A DNA stretch of 64,000 nt from Zygnema circumcarinatum SAG 698-1b (lineage: Eukaryota; Plantae; Zygnematophyceae), in NCBI GenBank assembly GCA_037447605.1, contig CM074823.1, positions 806,001-870,000 on the forward strand, written 5' to 3'. Below the pieces are notes generated by a model that saw only the letters and a program-made list of their open reading frames with translations, was not told the DNA's origin and made no database searches. This document shows positions 13,401 through 29,819 of this stretch, one piece after another. The translations under genes and the position numbers were made by a program. Position 1 is the stretch's first letter; each line of letters begins with the position of its first letter.

Positions 13401-14777
13401 GCGAAGCCGAAGGGGTGACTTTTCCCGAAGGGTTTTGTGAAACCTCTCTTGTGAAGTAGTCGGCTGCAAAGAGAGAGGGGAGGGGTGAGGGAGGGAGGGA
13501 CGGAGGTGGGAGGGAGGGAGGGAGGGAGCGAGGTGGGAGGGGAAAGGGAGGGAGAGTGAGGGGAGGGAGGCAGGAGCGAGGGAGAGGGAGAGGAGAGAAG
13601 GGGACAGGGAGGGAGGGGGAGGGGAGGGAAAGGGGGAGGGAAGGGACAAGAGAGAGAGAGAACGAATAATGCATTGAATGTTCGTGTAACATTGCAGTTC
13701 CAAAAACTTTGGAAGAAACGAAAAGAAAAGAAAAGGTTGCTGTGATTGTGCATTAGTGTCCAAAAGTATGTGCTCCAACATTTCTTGGAATCGCTTGTAT
13801 GTGAAATCCGAGTTGCATGCGAACAATGTTGCAATGCCTCTACAACATGTGTGATGCAATATGTAATATGTATTCATGCAATATGCTATATGTATGTGTT
13901 TTTGATGCCGAGCACCATGCATGCATGCATGTGTCACTGCGGGTGGCGATTCCATCAGCCAATGTTTGTCATGTATGTGTGGTTCGATGGAGGGCCGAGA
14001 ATCATCGCTTCAGGGCACAGCATCAATCGGACGGTCCAAGAGCTCGCCGTACAACGAGCCAACTGATTTAAAAAACGACCGCAGCACTAATCTAAACCGT
14101 CGCTTTAAGCGGTTCGGAAGTTCCGCAATAATTGAAGCACCGAATGAACTAATTTTAGAAAAGTAAAACTTCGGAAATAGTCTACTGTAGTAGTTGTTTC
14201 GATTTTGACATCTTCTTCTTTTCGATTTTGAGGGAGGGGAGGGAAGGGGAGGGGTTATCTCCTCCCGACATATCCAAAATGGGGAGGGAAATAGCCAAAA
14301 TTTGTGAGCGGGATTTCCGAAAAGGTGCGTGGGATATCCAAAAGGGGAGGGGGGAGAGTATTATTTTCAAAATAAATATGTAACTTTAAGTACTACCAAT
14401 TCAGAGAAAGCTCACAACACAACACAAATGTCCCTACGATTTTTTAAAGGCTGGAAAAGCCCTCTTGAAAATGACGGTGTACGGTCCTGGCGGGCACCCC
14501 CCGAGGTCGCGATCAAATGCCGAAGGAGCGGATGCTGAAGGGCGACGGGAAGGAAGGAGGGAGGAAGGGACGAGGGGCAGAGGAAGGGGTTGGGAGAGAC
14601 CCAGGAGGGCGAGGGAGGAAGGAAAGGGAGGGGTGAGAGGAGGATAGCTGGGAGAGGAGACAGAATATGAGACAGAGAGAGTGAGGAGCTGAATATTAGA
14701 TAAAACAGTTTTACGAGGAAAGAAAGGAGTGGAGAGAAATAGACTGAGGTACGAGGTGAAATCACTCGGCTCCCTCC

Positions 14778-17436
<2,659 letters not shown>

Positions 17437-18459
17437 AGCCTCTCTTGTTAAGTAGTCGGCTGCAGAGAGAGAGGGGAGGGGTGAGGGAGGGAGGAGGGAG
17501 GGAGGGGGGGGGGAAGGGAGGGAGGGAGGGAGGGAGGGAGGGAGGGAGGGNNNNNNNNNNGGAGGGAGGGAGGGAGGGAGGGAGGGAGGGAGGGAGCGGG
17601 GAGGAGGGGGGGAGGGACGGACGGACGGACGGACGGAGGTGGGAGGTGGGAGGAGGGAGGGGGAAGGGAGGGAGAGAGAGGGGAGGCTGGGAGGAGGGAG
17701 GGAGAGAGGTGAGAAGTGGGCAGGGAGGGAGGGGGAGGTAGGGAGAAAGAGGGGATGGAGGAGTGGGGGGTCGAGGAGAGAAAGGGGGAGGGAGGGGGGT
17801 GAAGGGGAGGGAAAGGGAGGGGAGGGACACGAGAGAGAGAGAGCGAGAATGTTCGTGTAACATTGGAGTTCCAAAAACTTTGGAAGAAACGAAAAGAAAA
17901 GAAAAGGTTGCTGTGATTGTTCTTTCGTATACAAAAGTGTGTGCTCCAACATTTGTGGGACTCGCTTGCATGCGAAATCCGACTCTAGTGTAGCAAGGGC
18001 GTAACTCAACCAGCGCATGGAGCCATTATCGCCGGCAAGTTTCGGCGATAATCGGCGGCCACAACCGATATGCCACCTTCCGATCACAACATGTGTGATG
18101 CCATGTATGTATGAGTGGTTGATGCCGAGCACCATGCATGCATGCATGGGTCACTGCGGGTGGCGATTCCATCAGCCAATGTTTGTCAAGTACTGTATGT
18201 GTTGTTCGATGGAGGGCCGAGCACCATCCCTTTAGGGCACAGTAGACCCTTTCTCGAATGAAGCTCACCACGTGGGATAAAATATGATGCATGTCTGTAT
18301 TCAAATATTAGACAACTGCATTAGTTCATGGGCGACTTTGTGGCTCTCTCTACTGTTGGGATGTCTCGAAAGAGCAGCGCGTAAGGAGCCGAATGACCGC
18401 GATTCTCCGCTGCATGGCTCTGCATGGCGATGTCGTTCGTTTGCGAAGGAAGAAGGAAG

Positions 18460-18612
18460 TGGCATTGACCTCACGATGGCGATGATGCCATCAAATGTGC
18501 ATGGACAAAACCAGCACCATGGGGAACCACGAGGAATTGGGCGCAAAGGACCTAAGCACAAAAGAAAAAACAAGCGCTGAGCGGAAAACTACGCGTCGGC
18601 GCAACAACGCTT
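18460..18612 (+). repeat. Dispersed ~150-bp repeat with copies at 11040-11100 (+), 10575-10670 (-), 24388-24525 (-) and 53410-53580 (+)
   Basis: The shared core gcattga.ctca.gatggcgatgatgccatca.atgt...ggacaa...catggg.aac.acga...gggcgcaaaggaccta...gcgcaacaac is found in both orientations. Confidence 0.7.
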
Positions 18613-19128
18613 CAAGCCCTCCCTCGAAGCAGCCGCGAAGGTCACATCAAGCGGAGGGAGGGAGGGAGGGAGGAAGGGAGTGTCGGAAGGCGACCAACAA
18701 CCAACCGCAGCTTCACGCCGGAGCGGAGAAGCAAAGAGGGAGGGAGGCTATGCTGAAGGGCGACGGAAAGGAAAGAGGGAGGAAGGGGAAGTGGGGCAGA
18801 GGAAGGGGTTGGGAGGGACCTCAAGGGGGTCTGATCGGGGGAATGAGGCCTTGCGATGTGGAGGGGGAGAGAGCGAAGATATTGAGGCGGAGGTAGCGCT
18901 GTGCAGCGGGAGGGCAGGGGAGCAAGGAAAGGAAGGGGTGAGAGGAGGATAACTGGGAGAGGAGACAGAATATGAGACAGTGAGTGAGAGTACAGCAGAA
19001 ATGCAAGAGAGCTGGGTTTAAGTGAGCGGAAAATAAGAGTTGAATATTAGAGGAAACAGTTCTACGAGGAAACAAAGGAGTGGAGAGAAAAAGACTGAGG
19101 CACGAGGTTAAATCACTCGGCTTCCTCC

Positions 19129-21108
19129 ATGTCGCATTTATCCCTCCACACTCTTCCTCCTTTCCCCTTCATTACCATCCCCTCCCTCCCCACCCCTAAG
19201 AAGCACAGCAGAAGGGGCTGGTTCCCAATATGCAGCAGCGAGAATGGTGCCATGGCTAGGCCCAAAATCACTCTCACAGCCTCTCCCACCCCCGTCCGCT
19301 CTCTCACACGGTCTCACTCAGCCTCTCTCGCTCCCCCTCACACAGGCAACAACATCAAGGGTCCCCCCAAGGAGGGAGAACTCCAGCAGCTGTCTCAGGC
19401 CCCCATTTCCGTATGGTGGGATATTGAAAACTGTGGAGTCCCCTCGGGAGCAAACGTATATGAGATCGTTCACAATATCCGTTCCGCTCTTTTAAAGGAG
19501 GGAATGAATGGCTCCCTCTCTGCCATGGCGTGTGGAGATGTCAATACTCTCCCTAAGGGAGTGGTGGAAGGGCTCAGAATCACAGGCATCAACATTTACC
19601 ACGTTAACAATGGTGCGAAGCTGTTGCAATGATTTTTGGCTTTAAGCAGCATTGTGAGATTAGATTTCAGGATTCTCTCTCCTTCTCTCTCTTCCTCTCT
19701 CTCTCTCTCTTTCTCTCTCTCCCTCTCTCTTTGTCTCTTTCTCTCTCTCGTCCTCTCCTTCTCACCCGTCTGCTGATTTTCTCTCGCATAATGTCCTCGT
19801 GGACTTCATCATCCTCCTTCCCCTTGACCTTTTTTCTATCTGCCCGACCCCTTCCCCAATCCTCGCCCTTCCCATTCAGATTTAATAGGGCTAAATCAAT
19901 CAAGTTTCTACCTCGTTCGCTCTCCTCTCCTTCTATTGTCTCCACCTCCCCTTCCACGTCCATCACTCTCTCTTTCTCTCTTTCGTCCCTCCCCACTTCT
20001 CCTCCCATACTAAATCTCTCCTTCGACTCCCCCTTCTCCTTCCCCTCCCACTCTCTCTTTTTCTCTCTCAGGCCGCAAAAATGCGAGTGACAAAGCTATA
20101 ACTGAAGCAATGCTCCTATGGGCCCTTGACCACCCTTCCCCTGCCCATATTTTTCTAATTTCTGGAGATCATGGTTTTTCATCTGCTCTTCATGCTCTTC
20201 GCCTTCGAAATTACAATATTCTAATTTCGTGCAGTGAAAAATCATCTTCCCAATCACTGCTCTCTTCAGCAACTAAGGTTTGGAGTTGGCCCAGTTTAGC
20301 TAAGGGAGAAGACTTGGTCCCACTGCAGCTCTCTCCCTCTCACCCACCTTCATTTCTACCTCCCACTAACTCATATCCACCTCAACCTTTCTTCTGGAAA
20401 CGCAAATCTTGCAAGGCTTCTACTGTCGAGAGAGTGGACGAGACAGGGGAGGGAGAGTGGGGGAGGGGGAGTAGGTGAGAGGGGAGAGAGGGATAGGGGA
20501 ACGAGCGAGACGGGGAGGGGAATAGGTGGAGAGGGAGAGGGAGAAGGAGACGGAGGCGGAGGGAGAGAATCTTCAATGCAGAAGAGTGTGTCGTTTTTAA
20601 AAAATCCCCTTGCCCTTCATCATTTCCCTCTCAAGAATTGTCAAAAGGAAGAGCAGCCACAATGAAGGAAGTGACGAGGTGGCTAGTGACGAAAATCTTT
20701 TTAGGAAATTGCGCATCTTGCGAACTCGAGCAGCTGAAGAGTTCATTTGAACGAGAAACAAAGCTCGCAATCGATCCTAAAATGCTCGGATGTCAAACCC
20801 TTTTGAATGTTTTCGAGTCTATGGAGAAGTTGGTCTCTATTGAAGCTGTCAACCAGGGGACTACTTTGGTTCATTTGAGGTCGCAGCCTTTGGAAGATCT
20901 TATAATTCTTCTTGGAAAATATGGAAAAGGTGTAGATGGGCTTTCTATATCTCAGTTGAAATTTTTGTTTAAGATAGAGTTTGGGTATGAGTTCGATCAG
21001 AAAGACTTTGGATTCGAGCGCTTGAAGGCCTTCGTTGAGAATCTGCCAAATGTCCGGATGAAGGCCATACACTCAAGTCCTTACTCGGACATTTGTCTCT
21101 TCGTTTAA
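19129..21108 (+). pseudogene. NYN + 2x OST-HTH/LOTUS gene, copy 3
   Basis: Exon 1 is 19129-19612; exon 2 starts at 20072. NYN motifs WDIENC, KNASDK and SGDHGF are present. Stops and frameshifts lie in the GA-rich linker (about 20460-20600). ORF 20638-21108 carries both HTH repeats. It could be intact only if the linker is spliced out. Confidence 0.8.
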
Positions 21109-22490
21109 GCGAAGCCGAAGGGGTGACTTTTTTTGAAGCCTCTCTTGTGAAGTAGTCGGCTGCAGGGACAAAGGGGATGGGTGAGTGTGGGAGGGAGGGA
21201 GCGGGGAGGGAAGGGACGGACGGACGGACGGACGGGGTGGGAGGTGGGAAGGAGGGAGGTGGGAGGGGGAGGGGGAGGGGGAGGGGGAGGGGGAGGGGGG
21301 AGGGGGAGGGGGAGGGGGAGGGGGAGGGGGAGGGGGAGGGGGAGGGGGAGGGGGAGGAGGGGGAGGGGGAGGGGGAGGGGGAGGAGGGGGGAGGGGGAGG
21401 GGGAGGGGGGAGGGGAGGGGGAGGGGGAGGGGGAGGGGGAGGGGGAGGGGGAGGGGGAGGGGGAGGGGGAGGGGGAGGGGGAGGGGGAGGAGGGGGAGGG
21501 GGAGGGGGAGGGGAGGGGGAGGGGGAGGGGGAGGGGGAGGGGGAGGAGGGGGGAGGGGGAGGGGGAGGGGAGGGAGGGGAGGGGAGGGGGAGGGGGAGGG
21601 GGGAGGGGAGGGAGGGAGAAGCGAGGGAGAGAGGAGAGAAGGGGGAGGGAGGGTTGGGGGAGGGGAAGGAAAGGGAGAGGAGGGACAAGAGAGAGAGCGG
21701 GAATACGGCATCGACTGTTTGTGTAACATTGCAGTTCCAAAAATTTTGGAAGAAACGACAAGAAAAAAGGTTGTTGTGATTGTTGTTTAGTATCCGAAAG
21801 TGTGTGCTCCAACATTTCTTGGAATCGCTTGCATGCGAAATTCGAGCTTGTGAAGCGAGTGCGAAATTCAACCAGCCACTGCTTTGAGCCACTTCGTCTC
21901 TTTGACCCGAGAAGAGAGTTTGCAGGCATGTAACGTTTACTTTCCATTCAAACAATGAAAACATGCTAAAATTTGTGCTTTTTCCTTTTTGTTTCATCGA
22001 AAATTGATGATCGAGCAGTGTGTATGTTTTTCAAGGCCGATCTCGTATTAGGTCAAAGAGATGAAGAGACTCAAAGAGGTCGCAAAGTTAAACAACATCC
22101 CTCAATGCCACAATGTCTGATGATTGTCCGAATGTCCGAATACCTTTGGCAATGTTTGTGGACTTATAATGCGTTTTTAGGGTTTCAAAACTTTTTTCCC
22201 CAAAAATAAAATCTGCCCGACAGAAAAAGGAGTGTGTATAGACAACGAAGGTGTGAAAAAATCATTTTTCGTTTTTAATCCTGGTTTGTGTGTAGAGTGT
22301 AGACAAAAAAGGTGTGAGAATAGAATTTTCCATTTTCAAATTCCAAGATTTTCGCCCAATATTTGCCGAAACCATGGCGAAAATATCAGGGGGGACTATT
22401 GTACGGCTAGTACAGTACGGTAAACTACGGACTCTCAAGTACAGTACTGTACGTACAATCGCGCCTCCAACATTTGCAAGACACACCTGA

Positions 22491-24377
22491 CCTCACAAGA
22501 AGTCTTGTACGTCGGCGTCTGCCGCCACTCGCCCGCCCTCCCTTTCGGACGCCTCCGCTCGACATCGTCGGGCAGTTCAGTTAGGCCGATGCGGGGAGTT
22601 GTCTCGCGCTGCTCGCGCTCTTCGACCCTTTACGCCCGCCCCGGCCAACAACGACACTTTGGATCGCCTTCGGACTCTCCATCCGGATGCGCCTGCGGAT
22701 GTCCCTTCCTTCATCGACACTTTTGAGCCTGTCGACTCGTTTGTGCTTGATCGTGCCGCTTTCATTCGGGCGCTTACTCGCTCCCCTCATTTGTCTGCAG
22801 GGGGGCCTTCGGGCATGGTTTATGAGTTGCTTCGTGATGTGTTTTCTCCAGACACCGGGGATAGTGGGTTTGGTTTGCTTTTTCAGCTTGCTTGTGTCAT
22901 ATCGCAGGGTCGTGTTCCCTCGTCCGTGAGTCATATTCTTACGTCAGCTCGTTTAGTTGCCCTTGCCAAGCCTGCCGGGGGAGTTCGCCCCATAGCCGTA
23001 GGGGAGGTTTTGTATCGCATGGTTGCTCGCGCTATGTGTTTTCAGTTACAGGGGGCTTTTCAAGATCATTTTTCCCCTTACCAGGTTGGTGTGGCGACCC
23101 CTGGGGGCTTCGAGGCCGTAGTTCATGGCATTCGTGCGACGTTGGATCTTCACCCTGATTGGGTTGTTTTGCAGGTTGATGTGACAAATGCTTTTAATAC
23201 GGTGGATCGTCATGAGATTTTTTGCGAGTTACGAGAGGCCCCTGCACCGATTGCGTCCCTTTTTCCTTTTGTGCGCACATTTTATTCTCGTTTGAGCCCG
23301 CTCTTTTTTCCTCTTGGCGATGCATCTGGTGGAGTGGCGACCTTGGAGTCTGCGACCGGGACCCGCCAAGGCGACCCTTTAGGAGGTCCTTTGTTCGCTT
23401 TGGCGCACATTCGTGCGCTTCGAGCTTCGGCACAGGCTTTTCCAGGCTGCCTTTTTCCATCAGTGGCCGACGATACTCATATCATTGGCCCTGCTGACCA
23501 GGTCGTTGCCGCGTTTACTGATTTTACTACTCGATTGGCCGCTATGCGTTTGACGGTAAATTTGTCGAAGTGTTTTGCTTGGTCTCCGGTTGGTATCCCT
23601 TCTACCCTTTTGCTCCACTTGTGAGTATCGGGAAGCTTTGTCTTTGATAAATTGAAGCTATTAAATGTTTTTAAGTTTGCCGCTGCGGCATTCATCCTTA
23701 TGTTGTCGTTTGTTATTGATGCTTTGGTTGAGGGATACGTCTCAGATGCGATGAGCTTCCACATCTTTCAGATCCTCAGGTGGCTTTTTCTTTGCTTACT
23801 CGTTGTTTTGCTTTGCGTCCGTCATACCTTTTGCGAACTCTCCCTCCTAACCCTGCTTTCCTTGAGTCATTGCAATCTTTCGATGAGCGTTTGTTTTCTG
23901 TATGTCATCGCCTTTTGGGTCCTGGTATTTTCGATCGACCGGAGGGTCCGCTTGCACGTACGCAAGCCTCGCTCCCTATTTCGGCGGGCGGTTTAGGACT
24001 CATCCCGACAATTCGTGTGGCGCCTTCTGCGTTTTTGGGTAGTTGGGCTCTCGTTGCTCCTATTTTGGCTTCGCGTTTTATTGTGGCTGATCGTCCGTTG
24101 CTTCAGTCTGTTGTCGCTCATGTTGATGATGGTGATCTTCCGTTTCAGGTTGCATTGCGTGACGCCCATGGTTTGCTTCCTGCTAGTGCTCAGGCTCGTG
24201 CGCCCCCGTTTGTTTCGCTTGCCGTCGAGTCTGTTCCACGTGTCCAGCTCACTTTGACTGATGAGGTTGTTGCTGCTGAGTTCTCTACCCTTATTGCGGC
24301 TCTTCCTTCTGATGTTGCGCGTGCTCGGCTTCGCTCTTGTGCGGGTCCTGGGGCTGGGGCTTGGTTGGCTGTTACCC
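22491..24377 (+). mobile_element. 5'-truncated, degenerate non-LTR retrotransposon, CRE-like clade, reverse transcriptase region
   Basis: ORF 22599-23624 (open upstream to about 22491) has GELSRAARAL, SAGGPSG, RPIAVGEVLYR, QVGVATPGG.EAVVH, VDVTNAFN, QGDPLGGPLF, ADDTHIIG. After a disrupted stretch, 23780-24377 has QASLPISAGGLG, AFLGSW and ARLRSCAGPGAGAWL, as I recall for CRE-type elements. The 3' end runs into a 10-N gap. Confidence 0.85.
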
Positions 24378-24544
24378 NNNNNNNNNNGCGTTGTTGTGCC
24401 TAGGCGTAGTTTTCCGCTCCTAGCTTCGTTTTATTGTGTTTCGGTCCTTTGTGACCAGTCCTTCGTGGTTCCACATTTTGCCTTTATCCATGTAAATTTG
24501 ATGGCCTCGCCATCGCGAGTTCAATGAAAGTTTGCGTGCTTGTA

Positions 24545-26480
24545 CACTCTCTAGTGTTGAACAACACACTCTCCCACCATTCCCCTTCATTACCATCCCC
24601 TCCTTCCCCGTCTCTGAGGAGCATATCAAAAGGGATTGGTTCCAATATGCAGCAGCGAGAACGGTGCCATGGCTAAGCCCAAAATCACTACCACAGCTTC
24701 TCGCACATCCTTCCGCTCTCTCACACGGTCTCACTCAGCCTCTTCCACGCCCTCCCCCAGAGGCAACAAGGGTCCCCCAAAGAAGGGAGTCTTCAAGCAG
24801 CTCTCTCAGGCCCCCATTTCCGTATGGTGGGATATTGAAAACTGTGCAATCCCCTCTGGAGCAAACATATATAAGATCGTTCACAATATCCGCTCCGCTC
24901 TTATGAAAGAGGGAATGATCGGCCCCCTCTCTGTCACGGCGTGTGGAGATGTCCATTCTCTTCCGAAGGGAGTGGTGGAAGGGCTCAGAATCACAGGCAT
25001 CAACATTCACCACGTTCAGAACGGTGCGAAGCTGCTGCAATGATTTTCGGCTTAAGGAATTCTCTCTCTTATTCTCTCTCCTCTCTCTCTTTCTCGTTCT
25101 CTCATCCTCACCCGCCCGCTGATTTTCGCTCGCAGAATGTCCTCTTGGTGTTCATCATCCTCCTTCCCCTTGACCTTTTTTCTATCTGCCCGACCCCTTC
25201 CCCAATCCTCTCCCTTCCCTTTCAGAGTTAATAGGGATAAAGCAATCAATTTTCTACCTCGTTCTCTCTGCCCCTCTATTTTCTCCACCTCCCCTTCCGC
25301 GTCCATCCCTCTCTCTTTCTCCCCTTCGTCCCTCTAACTTTTCCTCCCATACTAAATCTCTCCTTTGACCCCCCCCTTTTCCCCCCCTCCCACCCCCCCC
25401 CTCTCTCTGTGTCTCTCTCTCTCTCGCTCACACTCTCTCAGTCCGCAAAAATGCCAGTGACAAAGCTATAACTGAAGCAATGCTCCTCTGGGCACTAGAC
25501 CACCCTTCCCCGGCCCATATTTTTCTAATTTCTGGAGATCATGATTTTTCATCTGCTCTTCATGCTCTTCGCCTTCGAAATTACAATATTTTAATTTCGT
25601 GCGTAAAAAAATCATCTTCCCGGTCACTGCTCTCTTTAGCAACTAAGGTCTGGAGTTGGCCCAGCTTAGCGAAGGGAGAATACTTGGTCCCACAGCAGCT
25701 AAGGGAGAGGAAGAAGAGGAAGAAGAAGAAGAAGAAGACGAAGAGGAAGAAGTAGAAGGAGAGAAGAAAGAAGAGAGAAGAAGATGCCCGCCGCCTCGTT
25801 GAAAGAGAAACCCAAATCTTGCGAGGCTTCCACTGTTGAGAGAGTGGCCGAGAGAAGAAGAGAGAGAGGGGGAGAAAGAAAGAGACAGAGGGGAGTGAGA
25901 GGGGGGGAGGGGGAGTAGGGGAGAGGGGAGAGAGTGACAGGGGAACGATCGAGACGGGGAGGGGAATAGGTGGCGAGGGAGAAGGAGAAGAAGACGGAGG
26001 CGGAGAGAGAGAATCTTCAATGCAAAAAGAGTGTGTCTCCTTCAAAAAAATCCCCTTCCCCTTCATCATCTCCCTCTTAAGAAGTGTCAAAAGGACGAGC
26101 AGCCACAATGAAGGAAGTGAAGAGGTGGCTAGTGAAGAAAATATTTTTAGGAAATTGCGCATCTTGCGAACTCGAGCAGCTGAAGACTTTATTTGAACGA
26201 GAAACACAGCTCGTGATCGACCCTACAATGCTCGGATGTCAAAACCTTTTGAATGTTTTCGAGTCTATGGAGAACTTGGTCTCTCTTGAAGCTGCCAACC
26301 AGGGGACTATTTTGGTTCATTTTAGGTCGCAGCCTTAGGAAGACCTTATAATTCTTTTTGGAAAATATGGAGGTGAAGAGAGGCTTTCTATATCGATTTT
26401 GGAAATTTTGTTTAAGATAGAGTTTGGGTATGAGTTCGATGAGAAAGATTTTAGATTCAAGCCCTTGAAGGCCTTCGTTG
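24545..26480 (+). pseudogene. NYN + OST-HTH/LOTUS gene, copy 4
   Basis: The start-codon region is lost. Exon 1 ends at 25023; exon 2 starts at 25442 (RKNASDK, SGDHDF). Premature stops at TAA near 26078 and TAG at 26336-26338, where other copies have TTG. Confidence 0.85.
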
Positions 26481-27224
26481 AGAGGACAGGGGGGGAGGAC
26501 GGGGGCAAGAGGAGAGAAGGGGGGAGGGAGGGGGGAGGGGAGGGAAAGGGAGAGGAGGACAAGAGAGAGAGAGAGCGTGAATACGGCATTGAATGATCGT
26601 GTAACATCGCAGTTCCAAAAACTTTGGAAGAAACGTAATGAAGATAAAAGGTTGTTGTGATTGTTCTTTAGTATTCAAAAGTGTGTGCTTCAACAGTTCT
26701 TGGAATCGCTTGCATGCGAAATCCGAGTCTAGTGAAGCAGGTGCGAGTTTCAACCAGCGCATGGAGCCATTTTGGTGCATTATCGCATGCCAAACGTGAA
26801 GAAAGAACAACATCCCATACAAAAAACTCAACATTGCATGCAAACAATGTTGCATGCGAACAATGCTCCATGCGAATATGTTGCATGCGAACAATGTTGT
26901 AATGTCTCTAAAACATGTGTGATGCTATGTATGTATGAGTGTTTGATGCCGAGCACCATGCATGCATGCATGGGTCACTGCGGGTGGCGATTCCATCAGC
27001 CAGTGGTTGTTATGTATGTGTGGTTCGGCGGAGGGCCGAGCATCATCCCTTCAGGGCACGGCAGACCCTTTTTCGAATAAAGCTCACCACGTGGGATAAA
27101 ATATGATGCATGTCTGTATTAGTTCAAATGGGCGACTTTATGATTCTCTCTAGTGTTGGGATGTCTTGAAAGAGCAGCGCGATAAGGACGCGATTCTCCG
27201 CTGCATGGCTCTGCATGGCTATGG

Positions 27225-29145
27225 ATGGCGCCGCCGTTCTTTTGCAGAGGAAGAAGGAAGTGGCATTCCTTCTCCCTCCACGCTCTCCCTCCTTTCCCCT
27301 TCATTACCATCTTCTCCTTCCCTCAGGAGCACAGCAAAAGGGATTGGTTCCCAATATGCAGCAGCGAGAACGGTGCCATGGCTTGGCCCAAAATCACTCC
27401 CACATCCTTCCGCTCTCTCACACGGTCTCACTCAGCCTCTTCCACGCCCTCCCCCAGAGGCAACATGGCCCCCCCCAAGGAGGGAGTCTTCCAACAGCTC
27501 TCTCAGGCCCCCATTTCCGTATGGTGGGATATTGAAAACTGTGGAATCCCCCATGGAGCAAACATACATGAGATCGTTCACAATATCCGCTCCGCTCTTT
27601 TGAAGGAGGGAATGAATGGCTCCCTCTCTGTCATGGCGTGTGGAGGTGTCAATTATCTCCCGAAGGGAGCAGTGGAAGGGCTCAGAATCACAGGCATCGA
27701 CTTTCACCACGTTCACAGCGGTGCGAAGCTTCTGCACTGATTTTTGGCTTTGAGGAGCATTGTAAAAAAAAAAAAAAAAAAAAGGGAATTCTCTCTCACT
27801 CTTTCTCCCCTCCTTTCTCTCTCCCGTTCTCTCCTCTTCATCCGTCCGCCGATTTTCTCTCGCATCATGTCTTCTTGGTGTTCATCATCCTCCTTCCCCT
27901 TGACCTTATCTGCCCGACCCCTTCCCCAATCCTCTCCCTTCCCATTCAGAGTTAACAGGGCTAAATCAATCAATTTTTTACCTCGTTCTCTCTCTCCCCC
28001 TCTACGTCCTCCACCTCCCCTTCCACGCCCATCCCTCTGTCTTTCTTTGGTCCCTCTCACTTCTCCTCCCATACTAAATCTCTCCTTTGAACCCCCCCTC
28101 TCCTCTCCCACCCCCTCTTTCTCTCTCCCCCTCTCTCAGGCCGCAAAAATGCCAGTGACAAAGTTATAATGGACGCAATGCTCCACTGGGCCGTAGACCA
28201 CCCTTCCCCGGCCCATATTTTTCTAGTTTCTGGAGATCATGGTTTTTCATCTGCTCTTCATGCTCTTCGCCTTCGAAATTACAATATTTTAATTTCGTGC
28301 GTAAAAAAATCATCTTCCCAGCCACTGCTCTCTTCAGCAACTAAGGTCTGGAATTGGCCCAGCTTAGCGAAGGGAGAAGACTTGGTCCCACTGCAGCTAA
28401 GGGAGAAGTAGAAGAAGACGAAGAAGAAGAAGAAGAAGAAGAAGAAGAAGAAGAAGAAGAAGAAGAAGAAGAAGAAGAAGAAGAAGAAGAAGGAGAAGGA
28501 GAAGAGAGAAGAAGTTGCACTACCTCTTCCGACGCCTCGTTGAAAGAGAAACCCAAATCTTGCAAGGCTTCTACTGTTGAGAGAGTGGACGAGAGAGGAA
28601 AAGAGAGAGAGGGGAGAAAGAAAGAGACAGAGGGGAGGGAGAGAGGGGGATGGGGAGTAGGGGAGAGGGGAGAGAGAGACAGGGGAACGAGCGAGACGGG
28701 GAGGGGAATAGGTGGAGAGGGAGAGGGAGAACGAGACGGAGGCGGAGGGAGAGAATCTTCAATGCAGAAGAGTGTGTCTCCTTCAAAAAAATCCCCTTCC
28801 CCTTCATCATCTCCCTCTGAAGAAGTTTCAAATGGAAGAGTTTCAAAAGGAAGAGCAGCCACAACACAACACAACACACACAGGAGGAAGTGAAGAGGTG
28901 GCTAGCTGAAGACTTTATTTGAACGAGAAAGAAAGCTCGCGATCGACCCTAAAATGCTCGGATGTCAAAACCTTTTGAATGTTTTCGAGTCTATGGAGAG
29001 CTTGGTCTCTCTTGAAGCAATCAGTTGACTCCTTTGCTTTATTTGAGGTCGCAGCCTTTGGAAGACCTTAAAATTCTTTTTGGAAAACACTGAAAAGGTG
29101 CAGATGGGCTTTCTATATCGGAGTTGAAACCATTGTTTAAGAGTT
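27225..29145 (+). pseudogene. NYN + OST-HTH/LOTUS gene, copy 5
   Basis: Exon 1 runs to 27720 with an alternative in-frame ATG at 27225, after a deletion fusing upstream sequence to the coding start. Exon 2 starts at 28140 (RKNASDK, SGDHGF). It has a (GAA)n expansion at about 28400-28490, a frameshifting ACAC insertion near 28860 and deletions in the HTH region. Confidence 0.85.
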
Positions 29146-29819
29146 TGACCCATGATCTGACACCTGCCCACGTGCAGAACCTCCAACACTTACTCTGGAA
29201 CATCGTCGGAAAATAGACATACTGATCTGATGGTCTGATGATACAATTTCGCCACCTCTATGTCAATACTTTTACCACCCTGTACCTGCACCATGTCAAT
29301 CCGATCGCCCAATCCTGACTCTCTGGCAGCTATTCTCACAACTGCATCGATGGCTGCTTCTCCAGCATCCTCCAAACCGTTGACGATAATGGCGTAGGTT
29401 GAAGGGTTGCTGAGCTCAAGGACGAAACTGCCCCCCCGCTATTGCGACATTCGCCAAAACAGCCCCACCGTAAGGGTGGAAGCAAGAGCTACTGTCTGTC
29501 CGCTAGCAGGGTCAGCTCGTTCAGAATCAGGTCGATCAGCGGCTCTACTTCACTAGCTTCCTGTAACTCGTCCAACTTCCATCGTGACCCAGTCATGCTA
29601 CTGAATGCAAAATCATTCATGCTGGTAGCAAGCCTGGTGGATGACATGGCGGTGTAGACGGAGGCCATTGCTGACTTCGTGCTTAAACCCTGAGCAGGAG
29701 ACTCACTGGCAGAAGATCAAGACTTCCATAATAATGCCAGAAGTCCAATTTTCTTTCATCCAGATAGCGCTGGGCTGCAGGGTTTAAATACTGGGGGCAC
29801 CTTTATAGACTCCGGCTGA

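Noticed and set aside
21270-21610. (AGGGGG)n tract with G-quadruplex potential
   Set aside because: It is an expansion of the GA-rich tract found at the 3' end of the other array units, with no evidence of specific function.
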